A DNA stretch of 64,000 nucleotides from Escherichia coli (lineage in GTDB: Bacteria > Pseudomonadota > Gammaproteobacteria > Enterobacterales > Enterobacteriaceae), in NCBI RefSeq assembly GCF_003334385.1, contig NZ_QOWN01000007.1; one strand, 5' to 3'. The position numbers and the translations under genes were made by a program. Below are positions 20,238-32,292 of this stretch, in pieces. Numbering within the stretch: the stretch's first letter is position 1; the number at the start of each line of letters is the position of its first letter. The notes under the pieces are model-generated. The model had not been told where the DNA came from, did not search any database, and was given only the letters and a program-made list of their open reading frames with translations.

Positions 20238-21608
20238 TTACTCATTCAGCAACGTCAGCAGAGTTCGCGTTCGCGCTTCCATCAGCGGCACATCACCGCG
20301 CGATTCCACATTCAACCGCACCACCGGTTCGGTGTTGGAGGAGCGCAGGTTAAAACGCCAGTCGGCAAAGGTCATACTGATGCCATCGGTACGATCCACC
20401 GCCAGCGCCTCACGGCTAAAATGCTGTTCCACGCGGTTAATCGCCTCAGCGGGTTGCGCCAGTTTGCTGTTGATCTCACCGCTTGCCGGAAACGCCACCA
20501 TCCGGTCGCGTACCAGTTCGCCCAGCGTTTTCTCTTTCAGGCACACCAGTTCGGCTACCAGTAGCCACGGGATCATGCCGCTGTCGCAGTAAGCGAAATC
20601 ACGGAAGTAATGGTGAGCGCTCATTTCGCCACCGTAGATGGCGTCCTCCTTGCGCATACGTTCTTTAATAAAGGCGTGTCCGGTTTTCGACATTACCGGC
20701 GTGCCACCTGCGGCAGTCACCACATCAACGGTGTTCCAGGAGAGACGTGGATCGTGGATGATCTTCGCGCCGGGATTTTTTTCGAGGAATGCTTCTGCCA
20801 GCAGGCCGACAATGTAATAGCCCTCGATAAACTGCCCTTTTTCGTCAAACAGGAAACAGCGGTCAAAATCGCCATCAAAGGCAATGCCCATATCCGCGCC
20901 GTGTTTGATGACCGCATTGCGGGTGTCGTCGCGACATTCCGGTAGCAGCGGGTTAGGAATACCGTTGGGGAAATTGCCGTCCGGTGTGTTGTGTACTTTG
21001 ATTAATTCCACGGGCGCGCCGAGGGCTTTAAAGCGGGCTTCAATGGCGTCCACCACCGGACCCGCTGCGCCATTCCCGGAGTTGATCACCAGCTTGAGCG
21101 GCGTGAGATTTTTGACATTGATATAACCGAACAGGTGATCAACGTAAGCGTCACGCAGGTTGATTTGCTGATAGCGACCGCGTTTGGTTTCATCGACGGG
21201 AGGAAAGTCGTTGGCTTCAGCCAGACGCTGGACGTCGCGCAGTCCGGTATCACCGCTGATCGGGCGAGCCCCTTCGCGCACCAGCTTCATGCCGTTATAA
21301 TCCATCGGATTATGGCTGGCGGTGACTTCAATGCCGCCATCCACGCCGAGATGGAACGTGGCGAAATAGATCTCTTCGGTGCCGGACATACCGATATCCA
21401 GCACGTCAACGCCCGCATCCTGTAAACCTTTTGCCAGCGCCAGTTTTAAGGTTTCGCTGGTGAGACGGACATCACCGCCTAACACAATGGTTTTCGGTTT
21501 GAGAAATTCGCCATAGGCGCGACCAATGCGCCAGGCGATATCTTCATTCAGTTCTTCGCCTAATTTCCCGCGAATATCATAGGCTTTAAAGCAGGTTAAT
21601 TTTTTCAT
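20238..21608 (-). CDS. cpsG: Phosphomannomutase
   Basis: The track ORF runs to 21656. The recognised start [14 protein letters not shown] is at 21608 (456 aa). Active-site TASHNP motif present. Confidence 0.95.
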   Translation of the reverse strand: MKKLTCFKAYDIRGKLGEELNEDIAWRIGRAYGEFLKPKTIVLGGDVRLTSETLKLALAKGLQDAGVDVLDIGMSGTEEIYFATFHLGVDGGIEVTASHNPMDYNGMKLVREGARPISGDTGLRDVQRLAEANDFPPVDETKRGRYQQINLRDAYVDHLFGYINVKNLTPLKLVINSGNGAAGPVVDAIEARFKALGAPVELIKVHNTPDGNFPNGIPNPLLPECRDDTRNAVIKHGADMGIAFDGDFDRCFLFDEKGQFIEGYYIVGLLAEAFLEKNPGAKIIHDPRLSWNTVDVVTAAGGTPVMSKTGHAFIKERMRKEDAIYGGEMSAHHYFRDFAYCDSGMIPWLLVAELVCLKEKTLGELVRDRMVAFPASGEINSKLAQPAEAINRVEQHFSREALAVDRTDGISMTFADWRFNLRSSNTEPVVRLNVESRGDVPLMEARTRTLLTLLNE

Positions 21609-21698
21609 GTCGTTACCCTTTTTCAGGCAATAGTTGGCCCTGACCGAAACGGCCAATTTTGTTTTTGTCGTTATTTACATCTCGGTTTCGCATTCATT

Positions 21699-21799
<101 letters not shown>

Positions 21800-21800
21800 T

Positions 21801-23237
21801 TTACACCCGTCCGTAGCGATCCGCGAAGCGCACCACATCATCCTCTTCGAGATAAGAGCCGGAGCGCACTTCAATTAAATCGAGCGGAATTTTCCCCGGG
21901 TTTTCCAGGCAATGCGTCGCCCCCAGCGGAATATAAATGGACTCGTTTTCACCAAGCAGTTTGATATCACCGTCAATGGTGACTTTTGCCGTTCCCGCGA
22001 CCACTACCCAGTGTTCCGCGCGGTGATGATGCATCTGTACTGACAAGCCTTCGCCCGGTTTCACGGTGATGCGTTTCACCTGATAGCGGTCGCCCGCGTC
22101 AATAGAGTCATATTTGCCCCACGGGCGATAGACCTCGCGATGTACCCGATGCTCATGGCGACCATCGGCTTTGATCTGCTCGACCACTTTTTTCACATCC
22201 TGCACCGCGTTACGGTCGGCAATCAGCACCGCATCTTTGGTCTGCACCACTACCAGATCTTTCACCCCGACGGTGGTGACCAGGCCAGATTCGGCGTACA
22301 CATAGCTGTTTTCAGTTTTGTGATTAATCACATCGCCGTGGCAAACGTTGCCCTCGGCGGTGTGGGCGCTGATCTCCCATAATGAAGACCAGGAACCGAC
22401 ATCACTCCAGCCCGCATCCATCGGCACCACAACGGCATCTGCCGTACGTTCCATGACCGCGTAATCCACCGACTCTTCCGGGCAGGCGAGAAACGCTTCT
22501 TCATCCACACGAATAAAATCGAGATCCGGATCAATGGCGCTCATCGCTTTTTCACAGGCATCGAGAATATCCGGGCGATATTTTTTCAGTTCTTCGAGAT
22601 AGCGTCCGGCGCGGAACAGGAACATACCGCTGTTCCAGTAATATTCGCCGCTTGCCACATAGGCCTGGGCGGTTTCCAGATTCGGTTTTTCGACAAACTG
22701 CGCCACTTCAAAGGCCACCGTATCCTGCTCACCCGCAGACACTTCACCGCGACGAATATAGCCATAACCGGTTTCTGGTAGATCCGGCACAATGCCGAAG
22801 GTCACCAGCTTGCCCGCTTCGGCATATGGCATGGCATTACGCACGGCGGCACGGAACGCGTCTTCATCGGCAATCACATGATCCGCCGCCAATACCAGCA
22901 TTAACGGGTCGCTCTCCGGGCTATGACGTTTTGCCGCCAGCGCCGCCAGTGCAATGGCAGGTGCAGTGTTACGCCCTGCCGGTTCGAGAATAATGTTCTC
23001 GGTGAGTTTGTTCAGTTGACGCAGCTGTTCCGCGACAATAAAGCGGTGCTGCTCATTGCAAATCACCACCGGGCTTTCGCACTCCACGCCGTTCAGGCGG
23101 CAGATGGTGGTTTGCAGCATGGTGAGATCGCCTTTCAGGCATAAAAACTGCTTGGGGTAAAGTACGCGGGAAAGCGGCCATAAGCGGCTACCGGAGCCAC
23201 CTGCCATCACAACTGGATAGAGTTTCGACTGCGCCAT
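21801..23237 (-). CDS. cpsB: Mannose-1-phosphate guanylyltransferase
   Basis: 478 aa. [24 protein letters not shown] nucleotidyltransferase motif plus a C-terminal cupin domain. Confidence 0.95.
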   Translation of the reverse strand: MAQSKLYPVVMAGGSGSRLWPLSRVLYPKQFLCLKGDLTMLQTTICRLNGVECESPVVICNEQHRFIVAEQLRQLNKLTENIILEPAGRNTAPAIALAALAAKRHSPESDPLMLVLAADHVIADEDAFRAAVRNAMPYAEAGKLVTFGIVPDLPETGYGYIRRGEVSAGEQDTVAFEVAQFVEKPNLETAQAYVASGEYYWNSGMFLFRAGRYLEELKKYRPDILDACEKAMSAIDPDLDFIRVDEEAFLACPEESVDYAVMERTADAVVVPMDAGWSDVGSWSSLWEISAHTAEGNVCHGDVINHKTENSYVYAESGLVTTVGVKDLVVVQTKDAVLIADRNAVQDVKKVVEQIKADGRHEHRVHREVYRPWGKYDSIDAGDRYQVKRITVKPGEGLSVQMHHHRAEHWVVVAGTAKVTIDGDIKLLGENESIYIPLGATHCLENPGKIPLDLIEVRSGSYLEEDDVVRFADRYGRV

Positions 23238-23239
23238 AA

Positions 23240-24463
23240 TTATCCCCGAATATCATTTATAAATTGACGTAACACGTTCTCTTTATCGAGTGTGCGTTCG
23301 GCATATTCACGTGCCACCGTGTTGTGTTTGGGCAGCAGGAGCGCCTGACGGATCCCCGCCACCAGCGCCTCGACCGATTCCGGTTCTACGCAAACCGCAA
23401 TGCCCGGAAAGGTTTCGCAAAGCTGCCCCAGTTCTGTGTGGGCCTCTGCGGTAATCACCGCGTTACCGCCTACCGCCAGAATATTGGTCAGTTTCGACGG
23501 CAATACGGCATCTGCCGCGCCGCGTTTTTGCACCACCAGATGGCAATCGCCCATCTTCAGCAGTGCGGGTAAAGCGTCATACGATTGCAGCGGGAAAAAT
23601 TGCATGTTGCGCAGTCCACGCTGCTGCGCCATTTTTTCCAGCCGCGCTTTGCCGCCGCCCTGCCCGACAATGGCAAAAATCAGCGGTTCATCGCGCAGAC
23701 GATCGGCAGCTTCAATAACGTTTTCCAGCCCCTGCTTTTCACCAATATTGCCGGAGTAAAGAATGATTTTTTTGTTATCCGGCAGGTCAAGCTGGTTACG
23801 AAGGGCGTCAACATCGGCATCTGCAACATGCTGAAAACGGGCAATTTCCGACCAGTTGGGGAAGAAGATGACGTTTTCCGCCGCCACGCCTTTTTCGATG
23901 GCTTTATTCATCATTGAACGCGAAATCGTGGAGACGTTATCGACGTTATGCAGTCCGCTACGTTCGAACGCCGTTGCCAGCTGTGCCACTTTGCCGCCTT
24001 TGCCTTTTCCGGCAAGGCCCAGCCCCAGCATGGCGTCCACTTCGTAATCCTGAATATGCAGCACGGTACGCGCACCAGAGAGCTTCGCCAGCAGGCGCAT
24101 TCCCGGCGTGCAAAACAGCGTTGGCACTACGCCGATAATGCGATCCGGCTTCCAGCGACGTTGCGCCATCAGTGGAAAGAAACTGCTGACGGCAAAACTG
24201 CCGAGATGCAACAAGCGTTTCAGGGTGCTCGGCTGTTTTGGCACGTACAGCGGGCAGCGCCACACCGTGGCGGCCCCCTCTTCTCGTTTGTAGCGCCAGG
24301 CGGAATAGTTCTCGCCCACCTGCCACTGCGGGTAGTAAGGCGGTGCGGTAATAACCCGCACCTCATGACCTTGTGCCGCCAGCCATTCCACCATCTCGCC
24401 GGTGTATTTGCCGATACCGGTTAACTCCGGCGAGTAGTTAATGCCGTAGACCAGTATTTTCAT
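23240..24463 (-). CDS. wcaI: Colanic acid glycosyltransferase WcaI
   Basis: 407 aa. [24 protein letters not shown]... GT4-like. Operon position. Confidence 0.95.
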   Translation of the reverse strand: MKILVYGINYSPELTGIGKYTGEMVEWLAAQGHEVRVITAPPYYPQWQVGENYSAWRYKREEGAATVWRCPLYVPKQPSTLKRLLHLGSFAVSSFFPLMAQRRWKPDRIIGVVPTLFCTPGMRLLAKLSGARTVLHIQDYEVDAMLGLGLAGKGKGGKVAQLATAFERSGLHNVDNVSTISRSMMNKAIEKGVAAENVIFFPNWSEIARFQHVADADVDALRNQLDLPDNKKIILYSGNIGEKQGLENVIEAADRLRDEPLIFAIVGQGGGKARLEKMAQQRGLRNMQFFPLQSYDALPALLKMGDCHLVVQKRGAADAVLPSKLTNILAVGGNAVITAEAHTELGQLCETFPGIAVCVEPESVEALVAGIRQALLLPKHNTVAREYAERTLDKENVLRQFINDIRG

Positions 24464-24939
24464 AATCCGGGTACTCCGGCACGCTTCTCAGCGAGAAAAT
24501 AGGCGCGGCTGTTAGCGTGAACATCGTTACTGGCGAGCAGCGCGTCCGGCGTCAGCCAGCGGTAATCGTCATGCTGCTCATCCGGCAGTATCAGATCTTC
24601 TTCAGCGACTCTGAAGCGAAAACCGAGCACCACATAGTGAGTGGTGAAATCCGTGCCGGAGAAGTTATCGTCATAAAAGTGCTGCCAGACACCGTAAAAC
24701 TGGCCTGCTGTTATCGGCAGACGCAGCCCCAGTTCCGCCATCGTCAGCCGCTCGAATGCGGCTTCCAGCGTTTCGTCTTTCTGCACGCGCCCTCCCGGCA
24801 CAAACCAGTAACCCTGCGCCGGGCGGTTGGTTCTTTTGCCAAGCAGAAACTCGCCGCGACTGTTCTCGACAATAAAGTCGAGAGAGACAAGCGGAGTGGA
24901 GCGCACTACCGTGGCAAAGTCTTCCTGACGTAAAAACAT
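24460..24939 (-). CDS. gmm: GDP-mannose mannosyl hydrolase (Nudix)
   Basis: The ORF begins [10 protein letters not shown] take the second Met (159 aa), which is the K-12 length as I recall it; the first Met at 24942 is equally possible. Nudix-like [23 protein letters not shown]. Confidence 0.92.
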   Translation of the reverse strand: MFLRQEDFATVVRSTPLVSLDFIVENSRGEFLLGKRTNRPAQGYWFVPGGRVQKDETLEAAFERLTMAELGLRLPITAGQFYGVWQHFYDDNFSGTDFTTHYVVLGFRFRVAEEDLILPDEQHDDYRWLTPDALLASNDVHANSRAYFLAEKRAGVPGL

Positions 24940-24941
24940 CA

Positions 24942-25907
24942 TTACCCCCGAAAGCGGTCTTGATTCTCAAGGAACCACTGGTAAGTGCTGGCAAGCCCCG
25001 CTTCCAGTGAGATTTCGTGATACCAGCCAAGCTGATGCAGGCGCGTCACATCCAGCAGTTTGCGCGGCGTACCATCCGGTTTACTGGCATCAAAAACCAC
25101 CCGACCTTTGTAACCCACCACTTTGGCGATGGTTTGCGCCAGCTCGCGGATAGTGCAGTCAACGCCCGTGCCGACGTTAATGTGCGACAGCATCGGCTGG
25201 GTGTTCTCCAGCCAGACTTCGTGCGCCAGCTCCATCACATGAATGCTTGCCGCCGCCATATCATCGACGTGCAGGAATTCACGCATCGGTGTACCGCTGC
25301 CCCACACCACCACGTCCGGCGCATTCTGTGCCGTCGCCTCGTGGAAGCGACGCAGCAATGCAGGGATCACATGCGAATTACTCGGGTGGAAGTTGTCGTG
25401 TGGCCCGTACAGGTTGGTCGGCATGACTGAACGGTAATCTCGTCCGTACTGGCGATTGTAAGATTCGCACAATTTGATCCCGGCGATTTTGGCAATAGCA
25501 TAAGGCTCGTTAGTCGGCTCCAGCGTGCCCTGCAACAACTCGCTTTCTGCCATCGGCTGTTTTGCCAGTTTCGGGTAGATGCAGGACGATCCGAGAAACA
25601 GCAGTTTGTTCACGTCGTTCTGATGCGCGGCGTGAATGATGTTGCTCTCAATCATCATGTTCTGGTAGATGAAATCCGCCGGATAGGTGTTGTTGGCAAC
25701 AATGCCGCCCACTTTCGCCGCCGCCAGATAGACCTGGTCAATACGTTCGCTGGCAAAGAAATCATGCACGGCGCGGCTGTCCAGCAGGTTCAGCTCGTCG
25801 CGGGTGCGTAATACCAGTTCCACATCACCGCGCTGTTCGAGCTGTCGCTTGATGGCGGAACCGACCATCCCGCGATGGCCAGCGATAAAAATTCGTTGTT
25901 TACTCAT
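24942..25907 (-). CDS. fcl: GDP-L-fucose synthase
   Basis: 321 aa. [22 protein letters not shown] family. Follows gmd. Confidence 0.95.
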   Translation of the reverse strand: MSKQRIFIAGHRGMVGSAIKRQLEQRGDVELVLRTRDELNLLDSRAVHDFFASERIDQVYLAAAKVGGIVANNTYPADFIYQNMMIESNIIHAAHQNDVNKLLFLGSSCIYPKLAKQPMAESELLQGTLEPTNEPYAIAKIAGIKLCESYNRQYGRDYRSVMPTNLYGPHDNFHPSNSHVIPALLRRFHEATAQNAPDVVVWGSGTPMREFLHVDDMAAASIHVMELAHEVWLENTQPMLSHINVGTGVDCTIRELAQTIAKVVGYKGRVVFDASKPDGTPRKLLDVTRLHQLGWYHEISLEAGLASTYQWFLENQDRFRG

Positions 25908-25909
25908 GC

Positions 25910-27031
25910 TTATGACTCCAGCGCGATCGCCACGTCGTAGCCGTGAGATTTCAGCAGAGAGTGTTTTTTCGCCGCCTCGAGGTCATTAGCCACCATTTCA
26001 GACACCATCTCTCTGAGGGTGATTTCCGGTTTCCAGCCCAGTTTTTCGTGCGCTTTAGTCGGGTCGCCGAGCAGCGTTTCAACTTCAGCCGGACGGAAGT
26101 AACGCGGGTCAACGGCGATAATCACATCCCCCGGTTTAACGCCCGGCGCGTCATGCCCGGTGACGGAAACCACAATGCCCTTCTCTTCAACGCCCGTGCC
26201 TTCAAAGCGCAGTTTGATGCCCAGCTGTGCTGCCGCCATTTCTACGAACTGACGCACGGAGTACTGAACGCCGGTAGCAATAACGAAATCTTCTGGCTGT
26301 TCCTGTTGCAGCATCATCCACTGCATTTTTACGTAGTCTTTGGCATGGCCCCAGTCACGCAGGGAATCCATATTGCCGAGGTACAGGCACGACTCCAGCC
26401 CCTGGGCGATGTTGGCGATTGCGCGGGTTATTTTGCGGGTAACGAAGGTTTCGCCACGGCGCGGGGATTCATGGTTGAAGAGAATACCGTTGCAGGCGTA
26501 CATGCCGTAGGATTCGCGGTAGTTAACGGTGATCCAGTAGGCGTACAGTTTGGCGACCGCATACGGAGATCGCGGGTAGAACGGCGTGGTTTCTTTCTGC
26601 GGAATTTCCTGCACCAGACCATACAGTTCAGAGGTGGAAGCCTGATAGAAACGGGTTTTCTTTTCCAGACCGAGGAAGCGGATCGCCTCGAGCAGGCGCA
26701 GCGTACCCATCGCGTCGACGTCAGCGGTATATTCCGGTGACTCAAAAGAAACCGCAACGTGGCTCATTGCCCCCAGGTTGTACACTTCATCCGGCTGTAC
26801 TTCACGCAAAATGCGCGTCAGGTTGGAGGTATCACTCAGGTCGCCATAATGCAGATGGAATTTCGGGTTGCAGGTGTGCGGATCCTGATAAATGTGATCC
26901 ACGCGCTCGGTGTTGAATGACGATGCGCGACGCTTAATACCATGCACCTCGTAACCTTTTTCCAGCAGAAACTCTGCCAGGTAAGAACCGTCTTGTCCGG
27001 TTACACCGGTGATGAGAGCGACTTTTGACAT
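25910..27031 (-). CDS. gmd: GDP-mannose 4,6-dehydratase
   Basis: 373 aa. [35 protein letters not shown], the unmistakable Gmd N-terminus. Confidence 0.97.
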
Positions 27032-27057
27032 GTCTTATTCCTCTGTATTTTTTGAAT

Positions 27058-27606
27058 TTATTCAGTTTCAACGCGTTCGCGTATCACCACTGCTGGATTC
27101 CCCCGGCAAACCACATTTGCCGGAAGCGATTTAAAAACACTGCTTCGCGCACCCACGACGGTGCCGTTACCGATCGTGACGCCTGGGGCAACAAAGACAT
27201 CGGTTGCCAGCCAGCATTTCTCGCCAATCACAATAGGCGTGGCGTTAATGGTGAAATGTTGACTTGCATGGTCGTGGCTCCCGGTGCATAAATAACTTTT
27301 TTGCGATATCACCGAATGTGCGCCAATGGTTATTTCACCGAGGGTATATAAATTGACGTCATCGCCGACCCACGCGTAATCACCTAAGGTTAATTTCCAC
27401 GGATAGGTAATTTTTACTGACGGACGAATAACTACGTTTTTTCCTATTTTTGCGCCGAATAAACGTAATAAAAATGCCCGCCAGCGATACAATACTTGTG
27501 GCGACCAGGCAAATATTGTTGCCTGTACTGCCCACCATAATTGCACTTTAATAGCGTTGCCGCCCCGGAACCCTTTCGGCACCGAGAAACCGCTTAAATC
27601 TTGCAT
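27058..27606 (-). CDS. wcaF: Colanic acid acetyltransferase WcaF (hexapeptide repeat)
   Basis: 182 aa. Left-handed beta-helix hexapeptide repeats (IGEKCWLATDVFVAPGVTIGNGTVVGARS). Confidence 0.95.
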   Translation of the reverse strand: MQDLSGFSVPKGFRGGNAIKVQLWWAVQATIFAWSPQVLYRWRAFLLRLFGAKIGKNVVIRPSVKITYPWKLTLGDYAWVGDDVNLYTLGEITIGAHSVISQKSYLCTGSHDHASQHFTINATPIVIGEKCWLATDVFVAPGVTIGNGTVVGARSSVFKSLPANVVCRGNPAVVIRERVETE

Positions 27607-27621
27607 CGTTTTCCCTTATAT

Positions 27622-28368
27622 TCAGCTTTTGTTATATAAGGCTTTCGTCTTTGAGGTAGTACGTTGGCGTAAATGCCAGGATAATTCTGCCCAGAAGCCA
27701 GGCACATGTAATATCTGCCGTTGGACTTTTTTGGCGTCAGCACACAATTCCATATTATTGGTGGTTGATACCCCACCCATTGAAAATTCAGACACCAGGC
27801 CATTGAGTTTTTTAAATGCATAACCGGCTTTATACATTTTAGCCGCCAGCGCGTAATCGGAAGAAACTTTATATTCCAGGTCATAACGCCATTTTTTCAA
27901 GCCGGACACCGGGAAAAATATCGCCTGATGACTGGCGGGCAGACTGTGGTAAATATACCAGCCAGGTTTGGCGCTACGTTTAATTTTATGCCCGTCGCCA
28001 AAATCCAGCAGCGCATCGCCGGTGATCATCACGTTATCTTTTTGCATTTTTAACTTACGGACAAAATTTGCGGCATCCTGATGAAAAATATCGCCCGAGT
28101 TGAGAAACAACGCGAACTTGCCTTGTGCCATCGCAATGCCTTTGTTCATGGCGTCGTAGATACCGTTATCTGGCTCGCTGACAAAGCGTAGGTTATAGAT
28201 ACCATTGAGATTTTCCAGATACTCACGGGTGCCGTCATTGGAGCCGCCATCGACAACAATCCATTCGAAGCTGATATCGTCCGCCTGCGCCAGATGCGCC
28301 AGCGAGGCATGTGTTTTGACTATCCCTTCGAGGTTACGAAACGCGACAGTGATTATGCTAAGCAACAT
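27622..28368 (-). CDS. wcaE: Colanic acid glycosyltransferase WcaE (GT2)
   Basis: 248 aa. [16 protein letters not shown]...[12 protein letters not shown]2 motifs. Confidence 0.95.
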   Translation of the reverse strand: MLLSIITVAFRNLEGIVKTHASLAHLAQADDISFEWIVVDGGSNDGTREYLENLNGIYNLRFVSEPDNGIYDAMNKGIAMAQGKFALFLNSGDIFHQDAANFVRKLKMQKDNVMITGDALLDFGDGHKIKRSAKPGWYIYHSLPASHQAIFFPVSGLKKWRYDLEYKVSSDYALAAKMYKAGYAFKKLNGLVSEFSMGGVSTTNNMELCADAKKVQRQILHVPGFWAELSWHLRQRTTSKTKALYNKS

Positions 28369-28378
28369 GTTCTTATTA

Positions 28379-29596
28379 TTACCTCGTAATATTTAACGCT
28401 TTTCGCAAAATAAACGGACAGACGATTAAAAATGCATATTCCGGGCTAAATATCGAACCGGTAAAAAACAGCGATACCGGAGTAAAAAGATATAATTGCA
28501 CGCGAAAATTGCGGTTATCACCAAAAGCGTTGATCATCATTTTTATCACTTTCCCCATGTACCACAGCGATAAAAACACCGCGAACCAGGAAAAATAAAT
28601 AATCAGCAGATACAAACCATTGTCTATGGTTTTTCCGACATCCGCACCGTTAAATATTCCGAATGATGCGACATATTCATAAAGTGAGCCAAATCTGACT
28701 ACACCGTCAATATGGGTCAAAGAATAACCGACCATCACCAGCGGACCGACAATACGATAATACGATGACGATCCTTCCGTACCTAAATCGCCCAGACGGG
28801 TGGAAATATAAGGAAATGCGATTACCACACCAACCAGGAATACAGCCAGAGAAATCAATGCTAACGGTAACTTTTTCTTAATCGCCTCTTTATTCAGATA
28901 TTGAAATGCCCACTCCAGCAAATAAAACAGGATAAAGGTCATAACCCCTGAAAACGATCCGGATAATATTATCCCTGCGAGAATCATAGCATCTGTTTTA
29001 GGCGTTTTGATACCAAACTGTTTGATGCTGAGCCAAATTGAGATTAATGCCAGAGCGAAAAATGCCGGTTCGAAATAAAGTGCTGTCGTGCGCTTGCCGC
29101 CGAATTTAATGAAATTCAGCACATAGCTGTTGCTGTAAATCAGATATTTCGAAATCGACTCCATAATACTGCTGCCACCGGTGAGGATAATTTGCGCCAT
29201 CTCCACCGCCGCCAGCGCCACCACCAGCCCGACCACCAGATAAAAGAAACGTAATATCTTGCGATGGTTGTGTGGCGAAATCGTTTTAAAGCGAATACTC
29301 CACACCATGCCAATAATGATCACAATATAGACAAACAGCATGGTTGAAGTGACGTATTTACTGGCATCCAACGACTGACCAAACAGGTAGTTAAACGCCG
29401 TGAGTCCCGCACCAATCCCTAAGGCAATAATCAATTTTTTAACGCTGATGCGTTCTAAAAACAGCAGTAATAAGACAGGTAAAAAAGTGACGATGGTGAT
29501 GGGGAAACTTTCGCCAAGCTGGGCGATTTTGACGTTAACCAGCAGGTAGATCAGCGGCAGCAGCAGGTAGCTACAGATTCTGATAGAAGTTGACAT
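28379..29596 (-). CDS. wcaD: Colanic acid polymerase WcaD
   Basis: The track ORF extends to 29668. The recognised start [21 protein letters not shown] is at 29596 (405 aa), overlapping the wcaC end by 26 nt. Polytopic membrane protein. Confidence 0.92.
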   Translation of the reverse strand: MSTSIRICSYLLLPLIYLLVNVKIAQLGESFPITIVTFLPVLLLLFLERISVKKLIIALGIGAGLTAFNYLFGQSLDASKYVTSTMLFVYIVIIIGMVWSIRFKTISPHNHRKILRFFYLVVGLVVALAAVEMAQIILTGGSSIMESISKYLIYSNSYVLNFIKFGGKRTTALYFEPAFFALALISIWLSIKQFGIKTPKTDAMILAGIILSGSFSGVMTFILFYLLEWAFQYLNKEAIKKKLPLALISLAVFLVGVVIAFPYISTRLGDLGTEGSSSYYRIVGPLVMVGYSLTHIDGVVRFGSLYEYVASFGIFNGADVGKTIDNGLYLLIIYFSWFAVFLSLWYMGKVIKMMINAFGDNRNFRVQLYLFTPVSLFFTGSIFSPEYAFLIVCPFILRKALNITR

Positions 29597-30788
29597 ACTC
29601 CTCCAGCATCTGTTGTCCACTGTAGGCGGCGCGGCTGCGTTGGCTGAACTCAGCCAGCGTGGTACCAAATATCGCCTGCGCGATTTCCGGTTTGCTTAAC
29701 TGCACCAGTTGCAGCACGTCTTCTTCGCTGACGGTTTTACCGCCGGATTTTTGCAGCACTTCCCGCGCCGCGTCGCTATGGGTGGCAATCACCGGCACGC
29801 CAATCGATAGCGCCTCACACAAAATCAGCGGGTAGTTATCGACGCGAGAACTGAACACCAGCGCATCCATCTGATTGAGCGCGCTCATCAACTTGCGCTT
29901 GTCAGTTTCAAAGCCGTGATTAACCACGTTGCCAGCGGTGAACGGCGAGAACTTACCAAAGGTATGCAGTTCGATTTTATCGCCCAGCGCCATCATCTCA
30001 CGCACCAGTTGCTGGTTAGTCTTGCCGTCGTAACGCAGGTCATGCGCCACCACCGCGATTTTCGGCTTGCCCTGGGTTTCGCGTACCGGAGGCAAGTCCG
30101 CCAGAATCGCTTCTGTTGCCACATCAATACCATTATTGATAATCCGGCAACGCCCTGGACCGTACAGACTATTGAAAGCGTCAGCCACATGCTGGCTGGG
30201 GGAAATAAACTGACAGCCCAGTGCCAGCATCTCGCGGAATAACTGGCGTTTGCCCGCCACCAGCTGGTGCGCCCGATCAATCTTCACCGGCGGATAGTTA
30301 TTTAAGGTCGGGCATTTCTGGCAGCCCGTTTTCCAGCCTTCGCAACCGTCGGTAAAGGCGCAGCGTCCGGTAACGCTCCAGTGATCGTGCAGCGTCCAGA
30401 CCAGAGTGGCGTCCGGTTTATGGTTTTTCACCTTTTCGCAAAAGCGCACCACGCTGTTAAGATTCAACCAGTAGCTGTGCAGCACATGAAAATGCAGGAC
30501 CACCGGACCCGGTGTGCGAGTAATGGTGCGATATAACTCATTGAAATTGCCGAACAGATCGCGATTAAACAGACGAAACAGGGCAATGTTCGCCATCGCG
30601 GTCATCCGCGGCGTATGTTTGATGACCTGCGGATAGTTTTGATGGCTGACGCTCTCTTTGCCGCCTTTGCCGTAACCGTAGACAAAATGTGACGCCAGCC
30701 CCTGTTGCAGCGCACGCTGGTGGAGATCTAACGCCACACCTGCTGCCCCGCCTTCCGCCAGTCGCACATTAAATTGCAAAATATTCAT
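29571..30788 (-). CDS. wcaC: Colanic acid glycosyltransferase WcaC
   Basis: 405 aa. MNILQFNVRLAEGGAAGVALDLHQR... GT4-like. Confidence 0.95.
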   Translation of the reverse strand: MNILQFNVRLAEGGAAGVALDLHQRALQQGLASHFVYGYGKGGKESVSHQNYPQVIKHTPRMTAMANIALFRLFNRDLFGNFNELYRTITRTPGPVVLHFHVLHSYWLNLNSVVRFCEKVKNHKPDATLVWTLHDHWSVTGRCAFTDGCEGWKTGCQKCPTLNNYPPVKIDRAHQLVAGKRQLFREMLALGCQFISPSQHVADAFNSLYGPGRCRIINNGIDVATEAILADLPPVRETQGKPKIAVVAHDLRYDGKTNQQLVREMMALGDKIELHTFGKFSPFTAGNVVNHGFETDKRKLMSALNQMDALVFSSRVDNYPLILCEALSIGVPVIATHSDAAREVLQKSGGKTVSEEDVLQLVQLSKPEIAQAIFGTTLAEFSQRSRAAYSGQQMLEEYVNFYQNL

Positions 30789-31273
30789 TTAATTACCTTC
30801 ACTCGCGCTTTTTCTCCCACCACCAGCGCGTTGTCCGGGACAGAGTCGAGCACCACGCTGCCCGCACCCACGGTGACGTTGTTACCAAGCGTGATATCAC
30901 CAAGAATAATGACGTTGGCACCGAGTTCGACGCCGTTGCCAATGTGTGGACATGCCATGTTATCGGCACCACGATTGCCGATAGTGACGCCGTGGCGAAT
31001 GGTGAAATCATCCCCCGCCACCACGTTTTTATTGATCACTACGGCGTAACCGTGATGGATAGTAAAGCGGCGGCCAATGGTCGCGGCGGCCTGGATTTCA
31101 TAACCGAAAAAGCATTCGGTGATAATGCGATACAGCACCAGCAGCGGGGCCGCCCACAGATTGTTGAGGACGTTCTTTTTGCGCCACACCGAACAAAAAT
31201 GAGCAACGCGATAGGCAAGAACCATGCAGCACGGGCGTAAACTCCAGCTGTTGGCGCGCAGATCTTCCAGCAT
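30785..31273 (-). CDS. wcaB: Colanic acid acetyltransferase WcaB (hexapeptide repeat)
   Basis: 162 aa. Serine-acetyltransferase-like hexapeptide repeats (IGNGVELGANVIILGDITLGNNVTVGAGSVV). Confidence 0.95.
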   Translation of the reverse strand: MLEDLRANSWSLRPCCMVLAYRVAHFCSVWRKKNVLNNLWAAPLLVLYRIITECFFGYEIQAAATIGRRFTIHHGYAVVINKNVVAGDDFTIRHGVTIGNRGADNMACPHIGNGVELGANVIILGDITLGNNVTVGAGSVVLDSVPDNALVVGEKARVKVIK

Positions 31274-31275
31274 CT

Positions 31276-32115
31276 TTAGCGCCCCCGAATACCATCAGCC
31301 AGACGTTTGCCGTTACGCACCGACAGCAGCGTCAGCAAAGTGCGCCAGGTCATACGTTTATTGCGGATCTGGTAGAGGGTAAACAGCTGATATTTTTTGC
31401 TTGCACGGTCAAATTTATCTTTGTGCTTGCGGTAAAAGTGGAAGTACCCGGAGAATTTTTTCGGTGACGAGGTGATCTGCATTTCACCGTGATTGATATG
31501 CAGGATCTGCGTCGCCTCTTCCACTTTCCACGGTTCGCCATACTCCACCACCATCCGCAGGAAGATGTCGTAATCCTGTGCTGCTTTCAGTTCGGTATCG
31601 AACAAGCACTCTTTGAAACGCCACGCCCAGGTAAAAACCTGATTGCCAATGATATTGCGTTTATAGAACAGGCGGCGTGAGTACGGCGATTTGGGATACA
31701 GTGGTAAGCTTGCTGGTTGGGAATAAACTTCTCCCTGGCATACGTAGTCGTTAGCGTACAAAAAGGCGTGAGTGACCAGTTGCTGTTTATGGGCGAGGAA
31801 GACGCTCAGGCGGTTGGGCGTCCATTCATCATCGTCATCGATCCCGGTAATGTATTCCCCTTGCGCCAGCATAATCGCCTGGTTACGTACCGCGCACGCC
31901 CCGCTGTTAATGTCGTTGTGAATGTAGGTAATACGCGGATCGTTGAGGGCAGTGACGTACTGTTGCAGTTGTTCCCAGGAGGTGGAGCAATCATCCACGA
32001 TGATCATCTCCCAGTTGCTGTAGTCCTGGCGCAGGACCGATTTTATCGCCCGAATCGCCAGTTGTTGGCGGTTCCAGGTCGGCATATAGATTGAAATCAG
32101 CGGATTGTCTTTCAT
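31276..32115 (-). CDS. wcaA: Colanic acid glycosyltransferase WcaA (GT2)
   Basis: 279 aa. LISIYMPTWNRQQLAIRAIKSVLRQDYSNWEMIIVDDCS...GIDDDD. Confidence 0.95.
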   Translation of the reverse strand: MKDNPLISIYMPTWNRQQLAIRAIKSVLRQDYSNWEMIIVDDCSTSWEQLQQYVTALNDPRITYIHNDINSGACAVRNQAIMLAQGEYITGIDDDDEWTPNRLSVFLAHKQQLVTHAFLYANDYVCQGEVYSQPASLPLYPKSPYSRRLFYKRNIIGNQVFTWAWRFKECLFDTELKAAQDYDIFLRMVVEYGEPWKVEEATQILHINHGEMQITSSPKKFSGYFHFYRKHKDKFDRASKKYQLFTLYQIRNKRMTWRTLLTLLSVRNGKRLADGIRGR

Positions 32116-32177
32116 AGGTTGTTCTCCCGGAGTGTCGAGATGTTCTGCCGGTTTATAAGCTTGTTTACGGGTTCTGT

Positions 32178-32282
32178 TGCCGGATGCGGCGTGAGCGCCT
32201 TATCCGGCCTACGGAGCTGGTTTGCTTGCCGGATGCGGCGTGAAGGTAGGTCGGATAAGATGCGTCAGCATCGCATCCGACA
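32178..32282. repeat. REP cluster between wzc and wcaA
   Basis: TGCCGGATGCGGCGTGAGCGCCTTATCCGGCCTAC, a truncated second copy, and GGTAGGTCGGATAAGATGCGTCAGCATCGCATCCGAC. Confidence 0.85.
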
Positions 32283-32292
32283 GCGGATGTCG

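Noticed and set aside
25943-26740. Long antisense ORFs inside well-identified genes. Examples: 265 aa opposite gmd, 221 aa at 15734..16399 opposite wcaK, 212 aa at 18636..19274 opposite wzxC/wcaJ, 203 aa at 59787..60398 opposite mdtC/mdtD, and 162 aa at 57909..58397.
   Set aside because: These are shadow ORFs typical of GC-rich coding DNA. Their sequences are low-complexity, rich in Arg, His and Gln, with no recognisable motifs. Each is fully nested in a confidently identified gene on the other strand.
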